A DNA stretch of 63,612 nucleotides, the filler included, from Octopus bimaculoides (Eukaryota): NCBI RefSeq assembly GCF_001194135.2. It is 4 parts of 4 records of this genome, joined end to end, with 100 filler letters (N's around TTAATTAATTAA, not from the genome) between each part and the next. Parts side by side here need not be neighbours in the genome. Positions count along the whole stretch, not along the records: positions 1 to 24,444 come from NC_069005.1; 3 more parts are not named here. One strand, written 5' to 3'. This document shows, in pieces, positions 1-11,736 of this stretch. The position numbers and the translations under genes are program-made. The stretch's first letter is position 1. Each line of letters opens with the position of its first letter. The notes under the pieces were generated by a model. That model worked only from the letters and a program-made list of their open reading frames with translations. It was not told where the DNA came from and did no database searches.

Positions 1-768
1 ATCTACACTGTCCAGTGCATCTATGAACTGTTCCTTCATAAGAAGAGACAAGAGGTCGGGGGTCGCTGTCGGGTATGCTTTGTGCACCGTGCTCTCCAAA
101 TCCTGGGCAAGCTGCTGTAGGGGCTCCCCTTTAGCCCTAACATGGGTGCGGAAACGTGCCCTGTACATTTCACTCTGGCACATAGTGCCATATTTCCTCT
201 CGAGAACTTCAACTAGCACCGAGTATCGATTCCTGTCTGCTTTCCACAGCTGGCCCAGCACCTCCAGTGCAGGACCCTTCAAACTAGTGGCAAGCTGGAC
301 AGCTCTTTGCCCCTCGTCCCAATCGTTTCGGTCCGCTAGCATCTCAAACTAAATCCGGTAGGCCTCTCATGACACCTTGCCATCGAACTCCTGTGGCTTC
401 TTCCTAATGGGGACCACACCACTACTTTGAACTCCAGGAGATCCGCGTCCAGATGTCGGAGCATCACGAGATGACGCAGCAACAGCAACTACTTCGGGTT
501 TAGCAACCCCAGGCTCGGCAGCACAAAATTTCTCAACGCCCTCTATCCTCTTGTTAAGCCTTTCCATCTGCTGTTTGCACCATGCGACATCATCACTCAG
601 TCCGCGGAACTCCTCCTTAAATTGCCGGTGATCCTCCTGCATCCACTGTTGCTCTTTCATGAGTTCGGTGAAGCTCTGCTTCTGCTCTTCCAACATCCTC
701 ACAATCATGGCCAGGGATATTTCCTCCCTCCTTGCCTGGCCCTTCGTACGTGCTCCCTCCGAGGCCAT
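1..768 (-). mobile_element. Degenerate Ty3/Gypsy LTR-retrotransposon gag (coiled-coil N-terminus plus capsid domain), running off the window start
   Basis: ORF 367-768 ends ...KPQEFDGKVS* (TGA where W is expected). It continues, with a stop and a frameshift, as EAYRI*FEMLADRNDW...AVQLATSLKGPALEVL...ERKYG...YRARFR...GEPLQQLAQDLE...AYP...EQFIDAL, typical of Gypsy capsid. Confidence 0.85.
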
Positions 769-797
769 AGCGGAAAACTAACTCACTGCAGCAAATC

Positions 798-816
798 AAT
801 CCTACTTCTGACACCA
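798..816 (-). promoter_or_regulatory. Primer-binding site complementary to the tRNA-Leu 3' end
   Basis: Minus strand reads ...GTAACA-AC-TGGTGTCAGAAGTAGGATT: LTR end CA, 2-nt spacer, then TGG-initiated PBS just upstream of the gag ATG. Confidence 0.8.
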
Positions 817-818
817 GT

Positions 819-2070
819 TGTTACGAACGCCCGCGCGAGGCACCTCAACGAAGAGAAAACTCGCGCGTGCGAACGTCAACGCTCAGTGAGTCGGGATGTT
901 CGCCGCTACTAAGCCCGGCCAGAGAGCACGTAACGATGACAACAGACAGGAAGAAATAACACAGACCATACGTTGCGTAGTCAAACTAACTTTTTTTTTT
1001 TTTACATCATAATACAAAACAACATTGCATAACAATAATTCAATAACATAGTACTTGCTTCTGAAATAACACATGTAACAATAGCGTTTCCAAGCATTTA
1101 ACAAAGTTTCAGAACAATTACAAAGTCTACAATCATTTCACATAATCATAAAGTTTACAATCAAAGTTCGTGTCTCAAAAGTCAATTAAAAGTTCTTTTT
1201 GCTTTTTTTGCTTTTCTTTTAACAACATGTAACAACAAAGTTCTCTTTTTTCTTTTCTGCCAGTTAACATCACAGTTAACAAAAGTTCTTCACAAAAATA
1301 TATAACCACGCAAGTACATTTTTCTTTAAAGAAATGCAAACAAAACATTTACCCTAACAAATTCAAGTCTCCCCACTACATCGACAAGAACTGACCAAGG
1401 CAGCCCACTACATCACTTTTGCCTGCCACCACAGCCCCTTCTCTCTCGCTGACTCTATCCATTTCGGTCACTGGTACCTTGTGTCAATAGCCTCTCTCTC
1501 TTAGCCTCTTTCTGTCAGCCTCTCTGTTCATCTTGCTTCTCTTCACTCAGTGCTGGCTGTCACACACTCGTTCTTCACTGGCTGACTGCTTGTACATCGA
1601 CTGCCCTGTCCATCTTCACTGGCTGCTGTGTTTACATCAACTCCGTTTACACCAACTGCGATTCCCAAATCTATGCTCTCGTATTTATGACAGATAATCA
1701 TACCCAACAGTGCTACGTTACCCCCCTCCAAAGCTGGGTGAGTTTAGTACAGTTCCTAACTTGTTTTTCTAAACTTTCGATGACCGGAAAGGGTCAGTGA
1801 TCACACTCCTACGCTATAAATAGCCGTGCTTGTTGACAGAAGAAAGAAAATACCATTGTCCTCAACAACCAGAATACGGTTTCAAACTCAGCTCGGGGAA
1901 TAGGGACATAACATTATTTTTGTTTATCGGCGTCCGTATCAATATATATATATATATAATTAATAATATCAGGGTAATAAAAATTTTCTCCCTAATAGTG
2001 GTTTGGATTTTGGCTGTTCCTTCTAGTGTGCCAGGAATCCTATGACGGATACCTCTTATGTGTTTAAATG
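819..2070 (-). mobile_element. Probable 5' LTR of the Gypsy element (outer boundary uncertain)
   Basis: Begins TGTTACG on + next to the PBS; TATA-like CTATAAATAG near 1814. No second LTR is present in the window to fix the boundary. Confidence 0.4.
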
Positions 2071-2358
2071 TACACTGTATATGTGTGTGTGGGTGTGTGT
2101 GACTGTGTGNNNNNNNNNNNNNNNNNNNNNNNNNNNNNNNNNNNNNNNNNNNNNNNNNNNNNNNNNNNNNNNNNNNNNNNNNNNNNNNNNNNNNNNNNNN
2201 NNNNNNNNNNNNNNNNNNNNNNNNNNNNNNNNNNNNNNNNNNNNNNNNNNNNNNNNNNNNNNNNNNNNNNNNNNNNNNNNNNNNNNNNNNNNNNNNNNNN
2301 NNNNNNNNNNNNNNNNNNNNNNNNNNNNNNNNNNNNNNNNNNNNNNNNNNNNNNNNNN

Positions 2359-2407
<49 letters not shown>

Positions 2408-2469
2408 CAGCTAGTGATTCTGGAAAGAATGAAGCTTAGAAGTGCCACTATGAAAGGTTGCTAAATGTA

Positions 2470-4110
2470 GAGAATGCATGAGAAAAGGACAGCCTGCCTA
2501 ATATGGATCCAGCAGAAGGGCTGGCTATCCAAACAGACAGTAGTTTAGTAGATAAAGCAATTAAGAGTATGAAGACAGGGAAGGTCTCTGACCCATCAGG
2601 TATAACCACCGAGATGCTTAAAATATCTGGCAGAGTGGGATATGACCTGGTCACCTGTATAGTTAATCAGGTTGCACAAGAGGAAGTCATACTTATCATT
2701 AGTCATGCTTAACATTATAGTCAGCTGCTACAAAGGCAAAGGTGATGCTTTAGACAGAAATAAATAGAAGCATCAAATTGCTGGACCAGGTAATGAAAGT
2801 TAAAGAAAGGATCATAGCTCAATTTATTAGGAAGTGAGTTAGCATAAATGAGATGCCATTTGGATTTGTGCCAGGGAGAAGCACCACTGATGCTATCTTC
2901 CTGGTGAGGCAACTTCAGGATAAGTACTTGACAAAAAATAAACCTCTGTATTTGGCTTTTGTTGACATGGAGAAGCTAGGGATAGATGAATGGTTAGTGA
3001 GAGCTATAAAAGCTATGTACAGGGGTGTTGCCAGTAAGGTGAAAGTTGCACATGAGTATAGCAAGAGATTTAGTGTACAAGTAGGAGTCCATCAGGGATT
3101 GGTTCTTAACCCCCTTCTAGTTTATCATAGTTTTCAAGGCTATAACAGAGGAATTTAAGACTGGCTACCTTTGGGAGCTCCTCTATGCCAATGACCTTGT
3201 TCTTATTGCTGAATTACTACCAGAACTAGAGAAGAAATTTCAGGTATGGAAGTAAGGCCAGAAATCAAAGGGCCTTAGAGCTAATTTAACAAAGACCAAA
3301 GTCCTAATAAGTAGGAAAACAACAAATCACAAATCCCTTCAAGGAGATGGCTCTGTTTGATATGTAGATAAGGTGTTGGGAGAAATGCCATATGGTGTAC
3401 CCAGTGCAAGCTATGGACATATAAGAAGTGCAGCAGTATCACTGGAGGATTAATAGAGGAAGTAGTCTTTACGTGTAGCAGATGTGTAGATACATTAAAC
3501 ACCAGGAATGTACAAAAAAATAGACTCCCTCAAATGTCAGGGGATATCCTAAGTAATAGAGGGTCTCCATTACTTAGGTGACCAAGTTAAGAGTGGTGGA
3601 GGTTATTCTGAAAGCATAGCTGCTAGAATAAGAATAGGCTGGGCAAAGTTCTGAGAGCTACTACCTCTGTTAGTAATGAAGGGCCTTTCCCTCAGAGTGA
3701 AAGACAGATTGTATGATATTTGTGTACAAATAGCTATGCTATATGGCAGTGACTACTGAGGATATGCAAAAGCTTGAAAGAAATGAAGCCAGTATGCTCT
3801 GTTGGATGGGTAACGTCAGTGTGGATATACAACAGAGTGTAAGTGATTTGAGACAGAAAAACAGGGAATGCAAGGCATCAGATATAGTGTGTAAGAGAGA
3901 AGACTGTGCTGGTATGGTCATGTGATGCATATAATAAAGACAGAAACATCAAGAAGTGCCAATCTCTGTGGAAAGAACATGTGGAAGGGGTAGACCCAGG
4001 AAGACATGAGATTAAGTGGTGAGAAAGGATCTTCAGATGTGGGGCCTCACAGAGGGGGTGATAAGGGACTGCAACCCTTGGTAGTCTGCTATGCTTGAGA
4101 AGATACCTCA
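2470..4110 (+). mobile_element. Decayed RTE-clade LINE (RT domain and C-terminus)
   Basis: Broken ORFs: KAIKSMKTGK...PSGITTEMLK, FGFVPGRSTTDAIFLVRQLQDKYL...LYLAFVDMEK, VQVGVHQGL.LNPLL, ELLYANDLVL, KLERNEASML.WM, GRPRKTW-like end; multiple stops and frameshifts. Confidence 0.9.
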
Positions 4111-4799
4111 AGATAAGTAAAATTGTGGTTGTCCTTGCATACAGGCATGTCCCTTGCATAGCTCTTCAGATGAGCAATCCTAATATTGCAGCCTCGTGGA
4201 TGCTAGTGCGACATAAAGACACCCATGCCAGTGCTGCGTAAAAGTACAAAAATGTGGGCAAAACATATCTTGATCTAGGTAAAACTTCTTTGAATACTAA
4301 GTTTATTTTCATGCTATTCTCTTCAACATTTTAAGGGTCACTCTAGGTTTATTGCCATATTATATATTACAACAACCTCTTCTAACTTCTACACTGAGCG
4401 CACATATCCCCCACTAAAATTATGCCTAGAATAAGATTTCAGTCCGCTTCAAAAATACTATAGTGGTAAACCCTGAATAAAGCTGCATGGAGACATATAC
4501 CCTGGATGAACTTAAAATGCAACTGATCTGATAAGATGCAACTAATGCCACATCTTAGAATATCTATGCAGTAAAAACACATGTTGGACAGAGATTTAAA
4601 GCGAATAGATTGTATATAATACTGTAATAAACAAGCTTTTGAAGATGTATAATTCTCCATTCTTATTTTCAAGGTCTTATATATATATATATATATACAT
4701 TGTATAAAGGATCATGGGTAAGGCCAGAACAATGCGAAGTAAATGCAAGGCAAATCACAAGAAAATGAATATATGAATTAATGTAGACTTACCTTGCAT

Positions 4800-5880
4800 T
4801 CAGTATTTCGGGGTTATGACTATATTTTCAAGAAATTAACAAATGTGGAGTGGACATGCACAGAAAGGTGTTGCTACAGCAACCAGCTAGCTTCCTGTAA
4901 CTCTCTTCTGTTGTTGATATTTCGTTTCCTTTGGTGTATGAGGTTGCCTCAGAGATTCTAAGGTTGCCTCTGTTCCGCTGTGTTGCCCTGATGTGCACTG
5001 TGAATTCCCGGATCTGGCATTTCCTTAGATGTTTCTTCAAGGAGGTGTCTGCCTGCATGTGTTCCTTATGCGTATATGCCACAGATGATCTCGTATACAA
5101 CATAGGTCCTCTGGCACAATTCAGGGTCATTGATGGGGCAGTTTGATAATGTGCATGCCTCAGAGTAGTGAAAGGTGTTGTTCTTGGACAGAGCTTTTCT
5201 CAAGGAAGGGCCGGTGTGCACTATCTGTATGTCAAATCCTTTCTTGTGGACTGTGTGTTGTGTCACTGCAGTAGTTCTGTTGTCAAAATGTGGTAGCTTT
5301 AGGAAGCATGTGCTGGACTTGGGAGCATGATGGTTCTTCCGGGGTTTATTGACCCTGATGTTCTTTAGGCGTCATTGTTTGGCTAGAGATGATGGTAGCC
5401 ATTCAGAGTTAGGTCTCTGAGGAACTGCTTGGTGTTGACGGCTTTGTCAGTCACTTCGCTGCAATTGTTGTTTATATGTGCAATCTTATTTCTCCTGTAA
5501 GTGGCTTTGGTTCTGGTGGGTAAGGCTGATTGGTAGTGGACGAAAAGTTTTTTGCTAGTGGCTTTTCTGTAAAAGTTAGTAACTATGGAGCCTTCCTCTG
5601 TGATCCTGAGTTGAAAGTCAAGTAGATAGACCAATGATACCACAATAGACTACCTCATGAGGTGGAACACCTTACAAGAAAATTCCAATGGATTAAGAAC
5701 AAACACCCACATACCCACATACCAACATCAAACCACGACACCACGTAACTTTCCTTGACCAATCGCAGCACCCATCTTACAGTAATAACAATCAACTTCT
5801 GTCATTCAAATTCAAAATGGCTGATGACTAGCATTGCGCTTGAAACACAAGAGTATCAATGAATTTAAATCAAACTGTTT
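4800..5880 (-). mobile_element. 5'-truncated Penelope-like element (RT C-terminus plus GIY-YIG) with terminal-repeat remnants
   Basis: YLLDFQL...TNFYRKATSKKLFVHYQSALP; C..NCPI...CQRTYVVYEIIC followed by a decayed YIG...HL motif. Hammerhead-like remnants at both ends (4801-4832 on -, about 5820-5850 on +). Confidence 0.8.
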
Positions 5881-5883
5881 TGA

Positions 5884-5929
<46 letters not shown>

Positions 5930-6029
5930 TAAATGTATATATAACATAATATACACATGATTTAAACTTGAGCTACTATTAGTTTCATACATAGAAAACA
6001 TAATAATCAAACAAGCTTGTATAGCATGC

Positions 6030-6415
6030 CACAATTTTCCAAGCAATTTTTCAGACTGAAATATGCAACATTGTTGATCGTTTATTGAAAGAGCAAGAGA
6101 GGATGCTGGTTTTTAGGAAAACACAAAAAAGAAGACAAGAGGATGGTAAGAGAAGAAGTGGAATGAGAAAAAGGGAAAAAGAAAATTAATTTAGTAAGAC
6201 AATAGACTTTTTTAAGATCTAAAAGTAGCAGATCAGAAATTTTTATTAAATGTAGTCATCTGGACAACTATTGATTTTTTTCTTTTTCTCCTTCCACTTT
6301 TTCTTTTACCTTCCTTTCATTTTTTCACATTTTCTAAAAGGCCAGTGTCCTTTCTTGTTTTTTTCTAAAAAGACCAGCCATGTTGTGTAATTGAGTCTGA
6401 AAAATTGGAATCACA
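6030..6415. repeat. Old degenerate inverted repeat (foldback/MITE-like)
   Basis: AATTTTTCAGACT...GCTGGTTTTTAGGAAAAC and a purine-rich left arm mirror the pyrimidine-rich right arm ...TTTTCTAAAAAGACCAGC...AGTCTGAAAAATT. Confidence 0.65.
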
Positions 6416-7124
6416 TAGCATGCAACATAAGTTTGTCCATCCATTATATTTTCAAAGCATGAAAATAATAGTAGCTTGAATATAAATATTTAAATATTTA
6501 AATATTTTTCTCTCACTGCATAGAGGACTTTTTTACTAGTCCCACCAATAACAAAACTGTGTATGTGTATGTGTGTGTCCGTGTCCTAAGAATGACTCTA
6601 AACTGCATCAGTGGTGAGATGCAAGTTCAGGAATTCTGGGGTTATCAGGAATTTAGAGTCATCCCTTAATTACCATTAATTCCCAATCTGTTCTGACCCA
6701 GAACTGTAGTATTGATCAGTGTCCCATCTATGATTTAAAGAAATTTCCCAGGGTATGGAGACTTTCATTATTTTTAACAGAGCAGTGGGGAAAGCAGCTC
6801 TTCTCAGAAAAAGATAATTTCATATAAAACCTGCAGTCAAAATAGTACCAGTCATCCTGCAATGCTTGTCACTCAAACTTACTATAGCAACTGAGAGAGA
6901 GGCAAAAATGTTGTACAACTTTTATCACTTAAATCCAATGACATACAGATGCGCTCATATAGTTTTGCAAGCATTTATCTATTGATGCGAGAGGCACACA
7001 CGTGCATGTCTGCACGGACACACACACATATTTCATGTGAGATGTCTATTATCAGACAACACGAGACAATCATCATATATGCATATTATATGTGTCTATG
7101 TACATATGCATAAATATATATGTA

Positions 7125-7385
7125 CCTATGCCAGTGGCACATAAAAAGCACTGTTTGAGCACATGGTCAATGCCATTTTGACATCTATGACACCTGTGCT
7201 GGTGGCACATAAAAAGCACCCACTACACTCTTGGAGTGGTTGGCGTTAGAAAGGACATCCAGCCGTAGAAACCATGTCAAACCAGATTGGAACCTAGTGT
7301 AGCTCCCCGGCTTACCAATTTTCAGTTAAACTGTCCAAACCCATGCCAGCATGGAAAATAGACATTAAATTATGATGATGATGAT
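7125..7385 (+). mobile_element. Short copy of the RTE 3'-UTR/tail (or RTE-partner SINE)
   Basis: GGCACATAAAAAGCACCCACTACACTC...GGAGTGGTTGGCGTTAG...CATCCAGC.GTAGAAAC and a (GAT)n tail; same sequence as 57720-57930 and 12430-12620. Confidence 0.7.
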
Positions 7386-7879
7386 ACACACACACACACA
7401 CATGCATGAATGTTTGATGCATATTAGTGTGACTTTATTTTTCACCATTATTCTTCAGTATAGAGCAAGGGTTGTCTACGACGGCCACATGCCCCACTAC
7501 CNNNNNNNNNNNNNNNNNNNNNNNNNNNNNNNNNNNNNNNNNNNNNNNNNNNNNNNNNNNNNNNNNNNNNNNNNNNNNNNNNNNNNNNNNNNNNNNNNNN
7601 NNNNNNNNNNNNNNNNNNNNNNNNNNNNNNNNNNNNNNNNNNNNNNNNNNNNNNNNNNNNNCTCTGCAACAGTCCATTTAAAAAGACCATGCCTTTTTGT
7701 TTCAAATTTTCAAAAACTTAAAAACACCTTTTCCACTTTGACGATACCAAACAAATTCATGGTAGCATTTGTAACTGGTGTCACTAACATGAAACCCCCA
7801 AAACAAAAAACAAATGAATAGTGACAGATTAAAAGAAAAAAAGTAATGAATAAAAACAAAAAGCTGAATGTGTGTGTGA

Positions 7880-8225
7880 TTACTCTTTACTCTTTTACTT
7901 GTTTCAGTCATTTGACTGTGGCCATGCTGGAGCACCACCTTTAGTCGAGCAAATTGACCCCAGGACTTATTCTTTGGAAGCCTAGTACTTATTCTATCGG
8001 TTTCTTTTGCCAAACCGCAAAGTTACGGGGACGTAAACACACCAGCATCCTTTGTCAAGCGATGTTGGTGGGACAAACACAGACACGCAAACATATACAC
8101 ACACATACATATATAATACATATATACGACAGGCTTCTTTCAGTTTCCATCTACCAAATCCACTCACAAGGCTTTGGTCGGCCCGAGGCTATAGTAGAAG
8201 ACACTTGCCCAAGATGCCACGCAAA
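7880..8225 (-). mobile_element. SINE (CAGTCATTTGACTG.GGCCATGCTGGAGCACC family)
   Basis: Near-identical blocks recur at 24548-24735 (-), 42026-42410 (+) and partially at 33725-33905 (+). A CORE-like GGGCAAGTGTCTTCTAC block and an internal microsatellite are present. Confidence 0.8.
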
Positions 8226-9289
8226 TATATAAAAAATGGTGGTTAGAATTTTGGATCAAACTGGCTTTAGGGAGTAGCTGATAGGTATGTATTTGTGCAT
8301 GCGTGTGCATGTATGGGTATGCTTGTATGTATATGATTGCGTGTGTTGCTGATTTGAATTCTTTTCTGCAACTGAACATAAATTGACCCCTGGCTATTAA
8401 GGACCCAACCAACCACACACACACACACACACACACACATGCACACACACATATATGCACAGACACATTTGTTTTAGGTTTTGTACCCCTTTGAACTGCA
8501 GCTATACACCAGATAACATGGTAAGTCTTATGTTCTGAAATTTAAATTTTGAATTTATTTTAATTATAAAATTACACCCAAGCTTTGGAAAACAGAACCT
8601 TTTCTTTCCTTTTCTATATTTTTTGTTAAGTTAGAATTTCTCCATTTTGGTCAGGATTTTCTAATTTCCTGTATCAAGCAATGGACAGAAGCATTTAAGA
8701 AAATCAAATTCATAGAGCCAAACAAAATCAAAAATATTAATTTTAATCGTAATGATGGAGAGAAGTAAACATTTTCCCTTTCCTTAATACTAACAAGAGC
8801 ATAGTTTGAGGGAGATTTGGCTGTTATTTCTAGTAAATTGAACAACCACACAGAGAGTACATCATTGGCTCATTTGTTGATGCGTACAAGTAAACAAAAA
8901 CTAAAGGAAAAACAAACACTAGCAAACACACAGACACACACATATATATACTTTATTGAAAAGCAGCAAAAATATCACAAAAGCTGTTACTCAGTTACAT
9001 GTTCCTATTCGTCGGAGTTTTGTTTAGAATTCTAAACTTCCCCCAAATTTTTTTGATTCTGTCTTCTGCATAATGGAATTGATATGCTTATGCAAAAAAA
9101 AAAAAAAAAAAAAAAAAAAATCTCCCACCCACCCATTTTTAAAAAAATTTATGGTTTTAAAATACAGACAGTCTGAATGCACCATTCATTTCTGTTTATA
9201 ATTTCCAAATAATTCTTTAATATTTTTTATGAAAGAAAGTCAATTGACAGTCTTCACACTTTTCCACGTAATCCTGGGCTTTATATGTG

Positions 9290-9430
9290 AAATGCCAGCA
9301 ATATTAGCAGACAGACAGCTGTGCAGTGGTACAACATATAATCCAAGTAGATGAAAACCTTTTTAAGAGGAAAAATGAAGTTGGAAGAGTGGTGAAGAAA
9401 TTTTGGATACTTGTGGTTGTCGTAACCGAT
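9290..9430 (+). mobile_element. Merlin/IS1595-like DDE transposase remnant
   Basis: VVQHIIQVDENLFKRKNEVGRVVKKFWILVV resembles the family motif V(E/Q)IDES.F.KRK.N.GR...W(V/I). Confidence 0.5.
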
Positions 9431-9500
9431 GGTGTGCCAGTTTTTTATGTGTGTATGTGTGTGTATAAAGATATAATTAAAACAATACGTATACACCCAC

Positions 9501-9545
<45 letters not shown>

Positions 9546-10662
9546 ACAAAACCTAATAGTGTGAATTTTCTAAAACTCCTTTAGGGACAAATGGTTTTCA
9601 CAATGAATTCCAATTTAATTGGAATCAACATGATCTGAAGCATATTTGTAGAAAAGAAATAATTTTCTCAAGATTATGAAGAAGCAAATCTTTGGATCAC
9701 TATTGTGTAGATATACCAAAATATTTATATATATATACAAGGATGTATATAAAATTAACTCTGTAAAAAATGTATGTGTGTGTATATATTAGTATGTTTC
9801 TATATGGAATAAAAGTCAGTCATAATAAGAGATCATCTAAAAATCTATTTCCTTAATTTTTAACAACTGTTTCTGGCACATTTAGCTATGTAATTTTGAT
9901 TTTAAAGTATTTAAACATTTATTTGGAAATTATAAAGAGAAGCAAATGGTAGATTCAAATTGTCCGTATTTTAAAACCATGAATTAAAAAAAAATTTTGT
10001 GTGTCAAATTTTTCTTCCAGAAGTTCATGGCTTCATAGGAATAATCATGGAAAACTGCATCAAGATAACCAATTTTCAGATTTTTTACTTCCTTTCAAAA
10101 AATATGAATTTTGTAAAAAAACAAACTAGATCCTGAATAAGAAATGAATGTTTTTATATCATTTTTAAAGGGGGCTGATTTTGTGATCCCAAGTACAATG
10201 AATACCATCCTCCACAAGTTGTCACTCATATGAAGTACATATGTATTTCAACAATTTCTATCAAATACACTCTCTTTCTTGAGCTTAAAAAAATCCTCTT
10301 CCTGGGTGACAGTAACTTATATGTCAGATTGTTACACACCTTCTAGCTGTTTTGATAAGGAAAATTGGAAAGGTTTGAAATGATTCCATCGGTATTTACT
10401 TGCATCAAAGAGCACTTTTTTGATAGACAATGCATTGATCACATAAGTGTCGCGTGGTGGAAATAAACGCAATTACCAAACTTTCAATTCATTATTTTGT
10501 TTTTTTGCATTTCAATCTGTACTCCCGACTGCATACAAGCACATGTAAAATGACATCCTTTATTTTTTAATCATTATCTGCTGATATAAAAATAAGTAGT
10601 ATATTGAAAAATAAAAATATTGGGGAGGGGGACATTTGTAACTCCAAGGGTCAAAAGGGGGC

Positions 10663-11592
10663 TTTTGGCCAGATCTATTCCATCTCAATCACAGATCTTT
10701 TTAATTAATTTTTTAAAACTAAACAGTTTGAAACTTCAAATACTGGTAGAATTTTTCACGTACAACACAGTTTACTCTGAACATTTCTGACAAAATTTCA
10801 TATCTTAGATGTTATTTCGTGTTAAAGTTGTTGTATTTGGGTAATTTCAACCAATCAATGATGTGTATTTGGTTGAAGACAGCTGCTGCTGTTTGCAATA
10901 GTAATCGAAAAGGAACAACTTCTGGGTCATCTCTACTAAATGTCACCACGCTGTTCTATTCATACGGCGAGCGAAGACAATACCACTCTTATCCTTTCTT
11001 CATTTCTAGTCAGCATCATGCACTTCTTACTCTTTCCCTCCCTTCTACACTATCAACTAGCAACCAGCGACTGAACTTATCACTGCCACTACAATTGCTG
11101 TATTTTCCAGTGTATAAGCCGCTATTTTGTTTTACCTTCATGTTTTGATAATGTTATTTTTTATCTAATAAAGACTTTTATATTGACAAAATGTGTTTGT
11201 TGTTGATTATAGTAAGATGACAATAACAATACGTCTCATAGTTGTAAAATAAGGCATTTTGAAACTACATATATATCAACAACAAAAAAGTTAGCTGCAG
11301 ACTCGTAGTGTCATTTAGTAGAGATGACCCAGAAGTTGTTCCTCTTCGATTACTATCGCAAACAGCAGTAGCTTTCTTCAGCCAAATACACATCGTTAAT
11401 TGGTTGAAATTGCCCAAATACAACAACTTTAACACAAAATAACTTCTAAAATATGAAATTTTGTCAAAAACGTTCAGAGTAAATCATGTTCTACATGAGA
11501 AATTCTACCAGTATCCTAAGTTTCAAACTGTTTAGTTAAAAAGAATTAATTAAAAAATCTGTGATTGAGATGGAATAGATCCTTTTGGCCAA
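10663..11592. mobile_element. Foldback/MITE-like element with long inverted arms (about 10663-10950 and 11304-11592)
   Basis: AGATCTATTCCATCTCAATCACAGAT...TCTGGGTCATCTCTACTAAATG on the left is the reverse complement of CATTTAGTAGAGATGACCCAGA...ATCTGTGATTGAGATGGAATAGATC on the right, colinear over about 290 bp. Confidence 0.9.
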
Positions 11593-11651
11593 AATGGGTT
11601 GAGAACCTTTGGTATAAAGTATAAACATAAGGATGAGGAGTCTATACTTAC

Positions 11652-11736
11652 CTAAATGGTTAAGATGAGGAGGACAAGGATATGTCCGTCCTCGGAAGTC
11701 AATACTGTGAGGAAACCAGAACACTTCATCTCGGAA
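11652..11736 (-). CDS. POLRMT: Mitochondrial DNA-directed RNA polymerase exon [28 protein letters not shown](G)
   Basis: Hallmark single-subunit RNAP motif DFRGR.YP.PPH.NHLG; acceptor ttttttcag and donor gtaagt; 85 nt, phase 0 to phase 1. Confidence 0.95.

Noticed and set aside
6781-6895. Plus-strand acceptor followed by a 37-codon open frame
   Set aside because: No donor or recognisable product; compatible with chance in AT-rich DNA.
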